Positions 21,522 through 30,167 of a DNA stretch of 30,167 nt are shown here, in pieces. Source of the DNA: Oopsacas minuta (taxonomy: Eukaryota; Animalia; Porifera). Below the pieces are notes generated by a model. It saw only the letters and a list, made by a program, of their open reading frames with translations. It searched no databases and was not told the DNA's origin. The DNA lies in assembly GCA_024704765.1 (NCBI GenBank), contig JAKMXF010000084.1:1-30167 (forward strand). Reading direction: 5' to 3'. Numbering within the stretch: the stretch's first letter is position 1; each line of letters begins with the position of its first letter. The position numbers and the translations under genes were made by a program.

Positions 21522-22679
21522 TTAATAAATATTTATTACATTATCACTATTACTAGCACAAATAATATCAAAGTTATTATTAACAACTATTCCTGTAGGT
21601 TTATTACATTTAATTTTGTGTATCAGCTGTCCATCTTTAGTAAATATATTAATTGAATTTCCCAAGTAATCACTAATTATAATATTATTATGCAAATCAA
21701 AACACAGAAAAATAAGTGTTCCACTTTCTAATTTTATGAAACTTGTCAACAAATCACCTGATTTAGAGAATATGTGTATATTATTAATCTTATTATTATC
21801 TGCAACAAATATCTTATTATTATTCATTTTGACGTCACGCGGGGATTTGACTTTGTCTTTTCCTATTTCTCTAATATATTCTAAATCAGAGCTGAATACT
21901 GCAATTCTATTATTATTACAATCTGCAACTAACACTTGTCCATTTGTATCAGTTGTGAGACCAAGAGGGATATAAACATTAACTCTCTTAATTAATTTGT
22001 AATTCGTTTTAGAGTATTTCAATATAGAATGAAGTCTCCAATCACTTATAAACACCCATTCGTTATGTAATGCTATACCGTATGGAGAAATTAGCTGCCC
22101 CTTACTAAATTCATGAATGAACTTACCCTCTGTAGAGAAGATCTGTATTCTATTGTTGTTTGCATCTGCTATATAGATTTTATCTCCATCTAGAGCTAGT
22201 CCAAGAGGGTAATACAGCGCTCCTTTCTTACTGCCCTTACCCCCAATACTTCTTATGTGCTCGGTCTTGTTTCTGTATAGTACAGCTATATCCTGAATAA
22301 ACCCCAACATCTCCAGCTGTTTTAGGAGAGAGTCTAGACCCTCAGTATTGAGGGAAGGGATTGGGATAGGTGTTTCATTTTCACATTTCTGTATTTCAGC
22401 TCTTGTTTGCCTCATCTGTTCTTCTTGAAACTTTACCACTTCGTTCTGCTGAATGTTAGTTTCCATTAATTGTTGGATTAGCTTCTCCAGGTCTGCTATT
22501 TGTTTCTTTCTTGTAACCTCCTTTCTTAGATAGTCCTGCTTCATACCGAACAGCTGAACAAGCAGCTGATCTCTCTGCTCTGTCGCAATCCTAATTATCC
22601 TCTCGAACGTGGAATGGATCAGTTGTTCCGTTAGTTCGAAATGGTTGGTAGGATTTTCATCTGAGTATTTAGTGGCCAT
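21522..22679 (-). CDS. Coiled-coil + NHL-repeat protein, copy 3
   Basis: Intact intronless 385 aa ORF, collinear with copy 1. Confidence 0.9.
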   Translation of the reverse strand: MATKYSDENPTNHFELTEQLIHSTFERIIRIATEQRDQLLVQLFGMKQDYLRKEVTRKKQIADLEKLIQQLMETNIQQNEVVKFQEEQMRQTRAEIQKCENETPIPIPSLNTEGLDSLLKQLEMLGFIQDIAVLYRNKTEHIRSIGGKGSKKGALYYPLGLALDGDKIYIADANNNRIQIFSTEGKFIHEFSKGQLISPYGIALHNEWVFISDWRLHSILKYSKTNYKLIKRVNVYIPLGLTTDTNGQVLVADCNNNRIAVFSSDLEYIREIGKDKVKSPRDVKMNNNKIFVADNNKINNIHIFSKSGDLLTSFIKLESGTLIFLCFDLHNNIIISDYLGNSINIFTKDGQLIHKIKCNKPTGIVVNNNFDIICASNSDNVINIY

Positions 22680-22985
22680 TTGTTTGTTGTTCTGTTTATG
22701 ATTAATCTCATTTACAGACTGTATTTATACAAGGTTATACATTAATTATTCAGGTGTCAAGCGGTGAAATAGAAAGTTACAACTAATCACATTTCCTTGA
22801 ACTCTACCACGAGACTATTGTCTCACAGAATTACGGATGTGTTAGATCAGATAGCTTTCAACATGCTAATTAGTTCCAGTTATAACTAGCCACATTCCTT
22901 GTATAAAATTAGTTGCTGTGCTGTATTAGCTATCAGTTTCAATTTGTAGAGTAATCTATAATTTGAATACCTTAACTATTCTTAT

Positions 22986-23545
22986 CAGGGGCGTACGTCT
23001 GCAATTTTCCCGGGGCGGATGGAGAATTTAAAACTAACACTTTTCTACATATGACAGATATGAATATGCCATAATCGTAATCATTAACTTCCTACCTCGC
23101 AAAAAAGATAGATATAGAATAATAAAACAGCTAAGAACATAGATCATAGTATTTATAATATACTTTATGCTTGCTAGTGTGAAAAGAACCTATTGATTTA
23201 ATATATCTATATTAATGTATAAATTATTCGAAGAGACTCTACGAGTGCGAATTATTAATAAGCACGATAGAGATTATTTACATGTATACATTTATTCGGA
23301 TTATAGCATATATTTCAATGAGTATGAATAGGGAATGATATCTCAGATTCATATCTTTGAAAACATACTTAAGAACAGTGTAATATGAATATAACAGAGG
23401 ATAACCTACTGAAACTCAAAAGATTTGAGAGCAAATAATGTAGACGTATTTCTAAAGTTAAAATGTAGGAGACATGATTACATAGAGCATCCCCAAGCTT
23501 ATAAGTGGGGGATATATCCCCACCCCCCCGGGATCTACGCACCTG
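22986..23545. mobile_element. Non-autonomous hAT element (relative of 7595-11874)
   Basis: Degenerate TIRs CAGGGGCGTACGTC / CAGGTGCGTAGATC; TSD ATTCTTAT / ATCCTTAG. Shares its 5' and 3' portions with the outer nest element but has a different middle. Confidence 0.8.
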
Positions 23546-23880
23546 ATCCTTAGGAAATTATTCAATGCCATATATTCATTTGCCAGATTTGATATTTTGT
23601 ATCTAAGGTGTGATAATTTGTTCTGAGACACAATTTTTTGTGAAGAAGTTACTCTGAACTTCATTTTTGCAATTTTGAGTATAAAACAGATTTACAGTTT
23701 TCAAGATATAACCATTCAAAGTGGTTGAGCCACCAATAATTGGGCAGAATAATATTAATCACAGATTTCGTATTTGACTGAGTATAAATTGAATAAATAT
23801 ATACAAACAAATACAAATAAGTAAATATATATTTACAAACACGAATATATAAACATGCAAACAAATATTCAAAAATACTT

Positions 23881-24016
23881 TACTATTTATGCCATTCAAG
23901 AACAAAATCTCTTAAATGGGAAACATCACTACTGACATAACATTTCGCATCTTTCATTACTCCCTTGTTATCTAATAATATTTCTCATTCACTCACGCAT
24001 GTATTATACAAAGGCC
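23881..24016 (-). pseudogene. 3' fragment of the TIGAR/PGAM-like gene (segmental duplicate)
   Basis: Closely similar to 12241-12363. Homology ends at AAAGGCC| followed by TGTTGCGTAGG. Confidence 0.7.
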
Positions 24017-24749
24017 TGTTGCGTAGGATTTTGATCCGCAAGTAGCAATTGCAATTCAATTAATATCAACATTTCATCCCTAGTCAGTGGTCATAGAGCA
24101 TTTGTATTTATACATGTGTGACTTCCCAAATGCATGCACTAACATTTTGCTTTGTTTCTAGATTTCAACATCAACACTTATATTTACTTTTGACATTTTT
24201 CATTATGGATGCGACAGAGTATGAAGCAATTCGTGGATACCTCCAGACGAATATTATCCCACCAGAAATCAAGAGTGATCGCTACAGAAAGAAGAATTAT
24301 GTTAGAAAGTGCAAGGAGATTTACTTTCTAGAGAATAAGCTAATGAAGGTATATTCCTGAATGATATTTTTGATTTATACATATTTCCGGGACATAATTA
24401 GAAATCTTGAGGTAACTACATATCTGCGAGGAGGCAGATATGTAGTTGCCTCATTAAATTTGCGTCCAATAGGGAGATGAGAAGGGCAAAAACGCTAGGG
24501 GGCTCCTCTGCCCCTCAATGCTACGTACAACCTCTGAGTTTGACTAAAATAATTTTTTTGTAGATTTTCAGAAAGAAGAATGGCTGTGTGAATTACTTGG
24601 AGATTCCACTAGTCTCAGAAATTGACAACATTATCGGATTCTATCACAATGTCACTCATCTTGGGATCAATACTACCATTGATGGAATCCGAAACAAATA
24701 TGATTGGAATAGTATATACAATGATGTTGGATCCTACTTGAGTTACTAA
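24017..24749 (+). mobile_element. 5' part of a Ginger-like element with an intron-containing integrase N-terminus
   Basis: Starts TGT after GGCC. Exon 24205-24348, GT-AG intron 24349-24563 and exon from 24564 splice in frame to MDATEYEAIRGYL...LMK|IFRKK...FYHNVTHLGINTTIDGIRNKYDWNSIYNDVGSY (first half of an HHCC zinc domain). No catalytic core or right end found. Confidence 0.65.
24408..24453. other. 20-bp stem, 6-nt loop hairpin
   Basis: TGAGGTAACTACATATCTGC-GAGGAG-GCAGATATGTAGTTGCCTCA; 19/20 Watson-Crick pairs plus one G-U. Confidence 0.8.
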
Positions 24750-25900
24750 ATTATTTATTTCTTTCATATATGATTTTCCAAGAAAATGTGGCTGAGAACA
24801 CAGACTTACCAACCCTCCAGGGATCCCTGGATTACAAAACTTTGATATTTCTCGATGATTTTAGATATTTATTTATCAAATTTGCTATACAATTACTCGT
24901 CACAGCTAGACTAGGATTGAGGTTATTCGTCTGCAGTCATCAAATTTCATAGATCTGCGATTTCTCGTCAATTTTCTTTAATTAGCTAACAACCACAGTC
25001 TGACTGGACATTAATCCATATTAGATCTCTTCACTACTAATAGTGACTATCATTCACAAGATCAATAATTATCAGCTTCAGTACTGGTACAGAGGATCCT
25101 GTTAATATTCTTACGATTATTATCATAAAAAGTTTAAATACAAATACATTTCTTTATTTCTTGTACTAAATCAGGAGAATTTCAATTCCATACCGGCGGA
25201 ACCCTGACTGAAATACTCTTTTATTGACTTATTCATATCTCTTAATAGAATATCTGGGATATTATTATAAAATGTAGTAAGATTTGGTATTTTTCCCGGA
25301 TGATATCTTATTAGTTAACGGGAATTACGGTTTGAAGGTTATTTATATAAATCTATTAGAATAATACACGTGGAATTATACTGTACATTAGTGAGCAATA
25401 TGATGGTGTGTCTACATGTATACCATTTAGTAAACACGTACATGCAGACTATGTATACGAATTGGATTACCAGATAATCATAGATGATGTCACATTCGCA
25501 CTAGAAGTGTGATATTAAGCTGGAAACTTACTTCCCGTATTATACTTGTGGCATTCTAAAAGTTCTCTTCCTTAGTTTATAGCAGCAAAACTCTACTCAA
25601 TTACATGAGATGCTTAGTATATCCCTAAGTTGTATAATACGTTTATAACGCATAATACGTCATACGAGATCTATTTGAAAGTATTATACGTCTGGGTTAA
25701 CCTCAAATATGAGATTTTGACATTGATAGACTTGTATAAGTCACTTTATTATCCAGTATTACATAATTAGGTTAACAATGCTGAGATTATTCATTAACAA
25801 TTCGAGAACTTCTGTTTTAATGCAAAATATTTATTGCAGAAATTAGCCTAATAGAAGTTACGTCACTAAAATTGTAGATTGAACGTATAATCCAAATTCA

Positions 25901-26985
25901 TGTGAGTTCTTTCCTGTCCTGTGTCCTCTGGGTTGTGTCTGTCTAGAAGGAGAGAGGAATGAGAAAGTCATGAAACTAGAGAAGAGACGGATTCCAGAAC
26001 ACCAGAGAGACTCGTGTCCCTTAAGAGAACTTGTGTGCGAATTCTGTGTGAATAAAGTGAAGGCCTGTGAGATGAATCTTCATTCGGAGGACTGTGAGCA
26101 TTTTCCATTTCTTATCCGAATGGATGAATACCAGAAGGAGAAGATGGGGCCAGACAAATAAAGAGGAGAGATGTTCCTGTCCATCTATCTAATGACTGTC
26201 CTCTACAGAAAGTAGAGTGCCCTTATTGGGACCATGGATTTTGAGGGAGATGGAGAGGAAAGAGATGCATCTTCATGAAAGAGAACATTCAGCATATTCA
26301 CTACAGATTATCCATGACTGATATGAAACTGAAACAAATTCAAACATCTCAAGAATTGGATAGAGCAACTAAGAGAACAACATTCTTAGAAAATGAAAGT
26401 AAAATACAAGAGCTATCAAAAGTTAAACATATGGAAGAGAAACTGGACATCGCAAATACCAAAATTGAGTATTTTGAGAAACAAATTACTGAGAAGGATT
26501 CAGGACTGAAATCAATTATAGAAGTACTCTATTCTTATACACCTCTACCTCCAGGACAATTGGAATGGAAGATTACAGGTGTTAAACAGAAGATACAAAA
26601 CTATGAGGATACTTATACTGATCCATTCTATGTAGCTTTATACAAGTGTCAGGGACATATTCGATGGAATTGTTATACGGTAGGTGTTTACATTTATATT
26701 ATGAAAGGAGGTTATGATGATAAACTACACTGGCCTATCAGATACAAATATACGTTAATTGTACTCAATCACATTAACAGTAATAATAATTATGAAATCA
26801 CTAATCAAGTAACTAAGGAAGATTTGGAGAAATATCCTAATTGCTTTAAGAAACATACTCAGCTGAGTAATGAAGGTTTTGGAATTCCTTCATTCATTTC
26901 AAACACTGGAATATTAGAAGCTAAATATTGTAAAGAAGACAGCATAACTCTTCTAATTAAATTCAGATTGTTACAAGCTTTATAA
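25901..26985 (+). pseudogene. TRAF-family gene, copy 2: 5'-truncated, zf-TRAF region frameshifted, coiled coil + MATH open
   Basis: Homology to copy 1 starts abruptly at 25901 (equivalent to 17166). Indels at ~26110-26290; ORF 26275-26985 has a complete MATH domain. Confidence 0.85.
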
Positions 26986-27532
26986 TTTTATTTGAATTTT
27001 TGTTTACTCTCTACACAGATGTATTTACCTGAACACCTGAACATTAGTATATTGATTATTTCCATTATTTACAACTAACACAGATTATTTCATAAATTTA
27101 TTCTTGCGGCTTAAACGATTAAATTTATATTTCTTAGAAGGTTTGGGACCATATTGATGATATTCCATAATTCAGTATAAGTATTTCTATGTATCCGAGC
27201 AGGAGTTGATTGTACTTATATATGACAATCCACAGCTGTTGCAAACCTGAGATACACAGGATCTCATAATGTATATTCCATAGAATGTGTTAAAATTAGA
27301 TGTTTCTTCTTATGAGGAGTAGACCTGATTAAAGAGTCAATTTGTAATTTTGTTGAAAAAGTATTCCTAGATTGGAAATATGAGTAAGGAATGGAAAGGA
27401 ATCAGGGGAGGAACCCGAACATATCCTAAACTCCTTTTCCACAAGTCTGGAGTGACACCGAAATTATGAATATATAAAGAGTGAAATATGATAATTTAAT
27501 TACAAACAAAATATGTAAACACAACAATAAAA

Positions 27533-28729
27533 TTAATATATATGTGATATATTATCACTAAAACTAGCACAAATAATATCAAAGTTATTATTAACAACTA
27601 TTCCTTTAGGATTATTACATTTAATTTTGTGTATCAGCTGTCCATCTTTAGTAAATATATTAATTGAATTTACCAAAAAATCGCTAATTATAATATTATT
27701 ATACAAATCAAAACACAGAAAATTATATCCACTTGTAGATTTGGTTAAACTTTTCACCAAATCTGCTATTCCATTTTCTAATTTTATGAAACTTTTCAAT
27801 AAATCACCTGATTTAGAGAATATGTGTATGTTATTAATCTCATTATTGTCTGCTACAAATATATTATTATTATTTATTTTGACATCACTCGGTTCTTTAA
27901 GTTTGTCTTTTCCTATTTCTCTAATATATTCTAAATCAGAGCTCAATACTGCAATTATATTATTATCTGCAACTAACACTTCTCCATTTGTGTCAGTTGT
28001 TAGACCAAAAGGGTAATTAACAACTTCCTTAACACTCTTAATTAATTTGTAATTTGTTTTAGAGAATTTCAATATAGAATGAAGTCCCAAATCACTTATA
28101 AACACCCATTCGTTATGTAATGCTATACCGTATGGATAATTTAGCTGCCCCTTACCAAATTCATGAATGAACTTACCCTCTGTAGAAAAGATCTGTATTC
28201 TATTATTGTATGTATCTGCTATGTAGATCTTATCTCCATCTAGAGCTAGTCCATGAGGGCAATACAGTTCTCCCTTCTTACTGCCCTTACCTCCAATATT
28301 TCTGATGGGCTCGGTCTTGTTTCTGTATACTACAGCTATTTCCTGAATAGACCCGAACTTCTCCAGCTGTTCTAGGAGAGAGTCTAGACCCTCAGTATTG
28401 AGGGAAGGGATTGGGATAGGTGTTTCATTTTCGTGTTTCTGTATTTCAGCTCTTGTTTGCTTCATCTGTTCTTCTCGAAACTTTACTACTTCGTTCTGTT
28501 GAATGCTAGTTTCCATTAATTGTTGAATTAGCTTCTCCAGTTCTGCTAATTGTTTCATTCTTGTATTCTCCTTTCTCAGATAGTCCTGTTTGATATCGAA
28601 CAACTGAACAAGCAGCTGATCTCTCCTCTCTGTCGCAATCCGAATTATCTTCTCGAACGTAGAGTGTATCAGTTGTTCCGCTGGTTCGAAATGGTTGGTA
28701 GGAATTTCTTGTGTGTATTTGGTTGCCAT
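27533..28729 (-). CDS. Coiled-coil + NHL-repeat protein, copy 4 (398 aa from MATK start)
   Basis: Intact ORF. Start reassigned from 28789 to 28729 because the extension overlaps the conserved TATA box and is absent in the other copies. Confidence 0.9.
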   Translation of the reverse strand: MATKYTQEIPTNHFEPAEQLIHSTFEKIIRIATERRDQLLVQLFDIKQDYLRKENTRMKQLAELEKLIQQLMETSIQQNEVVKFREEQMKQTRAEIQKHENETPIPIPSLNTEGLDSLLEQLEKFGSIQEIAVVYRNKTEPIRNIGGKGSKKGELYCPHGLALDGDKIYIADTYNNRIQIFSTEGKFIHEFGKGQLNYPYGIALHNEWVFISDLGLHSILKFSKTNYKLIKSVKEVVNYPFGLTTDTNGEVLVADNNIIAVLSSDLEYIREIGKDKLKEPSDVKINNNNIFVADNNEINNIHIFSKSGDLLKSFIKLENGIADLVKSLTKSTSGYNFLCFDLYNNIIISDFLVNSINIFTKDGQLIHKIKCNNPKGIVVNNNFDIICASFSDNISHIY

Positions 28730-29225
28730 TTGTTTGTTGTTCTGTTTATGATTATTCTCATTTACAGAAGGTATTTTATACAAGTTCATACTCTATTTTC
28801 TGTTTACACATAGGCATAATTCTGTATGCAAAAATACTCATTAGAATGACAGCTCTAAGTTTTCACCTATTATTAGTTCAGAACATATTTCTTCTCAATT
28901 ATGATAAGAGCTAAGTATTTCACTTTGAATATTTTCTCCATGGTTCAGTTAATTTTGACGTCACATAATGTGTCTGGATACATTATACCTTGATGTAATT
29001 ACCCCTCATACTCACTGTTGCCAGTCGTGGCCACGTAATATCAAGTTTTAAGGTGATTTGTAATGATATTATCTATAATTTAGAAGTAAACCCAGCCTCC
29101 CGAAAATGAACACCAAACATTTTTAATAGAGCAACACATTAATTAAAAAAGAATTTCAGAATTTATGCAATTCTTATTATTCTAATTTTATTTACTGAAT
29201 TTCTAGCAAATATATTAAATTCTAA

Positions 29226-29352
29226 ATGAATAACCAGGAAGCATTTCATTATCTTCTTTCTCAACCTTCAATCAAAACGGCAGTCGATTCCTTCATCCAG
29301 ATATATGATCTTTCAGATGATGAATTCTCCTCAATTCGGAGAAGATTCAGCG
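29226..29352 (+). pseudogene. 5' fragment of the RAG1-like transposase ORF
   Basis: Paralogous to 2616-2742; reads MNNQEAFHYLLSQPSIKTAVDSFIQIYDLSDDEFSSIRRRFS without stops, then switches to the copy-2/3-type flank. Confidence 0.7.
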
Positions 29353-29803
29353 AGTATTGTCTCACAAAATTGCAGATGTGTTAGATCAGATAGCTTTCAA
29401 CATGTAAATTGGTTCCAGTTATAACTACCCACATTCCTTGTATAGAATTTGTTGCTATGATGTATTAGCTATCAGTTTCAGTTTGTGGATAATTTAATAA
29501 TCTAGGAAGTTTGTAATATTCCGTTGTTTATTATTATTATTCGTTTCTGATACTAATACCACAATACCTTGATTAATCACATATACAATTTATGGGACAA
29601 TATTTCCTGTAACAGGATATCAGTTTGCTATTACATGTGTTGTTAGTATTTTTATCTTTTATTCACTTTCTTAAATTGTACTAATATATTCTATAATATT
29701 TATTGTTTCAATGCATTCTATAATCTTAACGAATGGAACTTTCTGTTCGTATTGGCGACGGTGTACTGTATGTCCAACATTTTACTCTTTTAAACCCCAA
29801 TAG

Positions 29804-29932
29804 AGACTGTCCAAGTACCAGCCCAAGCGTCACAACCTCGGTTGCCGTACAATCCCCCCTCCCTCCTATACCGACACAGCAACATATTGATGACCCAGAG
29901 GCTCTGTACGAAGAACCACCAGCAACCCAAGA
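29804..29932 (+). CDS. Putative internal exon, Pro/Ser/Thr-rich with an EALYEEP motif; parent gene unidentified
   Basis: Pyrimidine tract + TAG acceptor (29801-29803); GTAAGA donor at 29933; 129 nt, phase 2-2; codon-like GC elevation. Confidence 0.45.
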
Positions 29933-30057
29933 GTAAGATTAGTTATTCACACACAGTGTAACCTTTATAAACGGAGTGCCAAGGACGCCTAAAATGCTAC
30001 ACCTTATGTGGGGTTTACACTATACACATAACTCCAGTAATATTTATTTGTATATAT

Positions 30058-30167
30058 CAGTGGTTCCCAATCGGTGGTCCGCGGCCCCACTTGGGGCCAC
30101 AGGACTATTTACATGAGGCCATCAGATCTCATTATAAATGAATAGTTTCCTCTTTGTATATACTTTG
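30058..30167 (+). mobile_element. Left end of a Charlie-like hAT element (runs off window end)
   Basis: Begins CAGTGGTTCCCAA..GGTGGTCCGCGGCCCC, a typical hAT/Charlie terminus. A related right-end fragment (CAGGGTTCTCAAAC on minus) ends at 18932. Confidence 0.55.

Noticed and set aside
21823-21838. 16-mer TTCATTTTGACGTCAC shared between the NHL3 coding region and the copy-1 upstream region (2341-2356)
   Set aside because: In the CDS it encodes the RDVK motif and there is no flanking homology. It is best treated as chance in AT-rich DNA.
24408-24429. let-7-like microRNA (TGAGGTA...)
   Set aside because: The seed differs from let-7 (GAGGTAA vs GAGGTAG), the rest does not match, and the hairpin is short for a pre-miRNA.
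28730-28789. 20-aa N-terminal extension of NHL copy 4 in the ORF track
   Set aside because: It arises from one extra base in the TATA region. The same ATG is out of frame in copy 1 and lies upstream of the likely TSS.
1-30167. CRISPR arrays, rRNA, tRNA, prokaryotic operons
   Set aside because: No regularly spaced direct repeats or recognisable structural RNA genes; introns and transposon types indicate a eukaryote.

Overview
AT-rich eukaryotic (animal-like) accessory locus. It has short GT-AG introns and no operon, rRNA, tRNA or CRISPR features. The gene families resemble those expanded in sponges, but that is an inference. The window is a rearranged tandem cluster of four intronless coiled-coil+NHL beta-propeller genes (plus a 3' stub) and two TRAF-family genes, interleaved with a histidine-phosphatase (TIGAR/PGAM-like) pseudogene, an orphan CSE1L first exon and many DNA transposons: hAT (one nest four levels deep), a DD37E Tc1-like element, pogo/Tigger-like MITEs and Ginger-like integrase elements. 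The most notable item is absent as a unit from the ORF track: a decayed ~2.1 kb RAG1-like/Transib transposase gene (2616-~4740). It keeps an NBD-like region, all three DDE motifs, Zn ligands and a C-terminal CxxCxxxGH motif; the 167 bp segment carrying its catalytic Glu is inverted in place. A second 5' fragment of it, with an intact ATG, sits at 29226-29352. Many frameshifts are isolated 1-nt deletions that may be long-read consensus errors, so several pseudogene calls are provisional. All family assignments come from motif recognition by eye; no searches were run.
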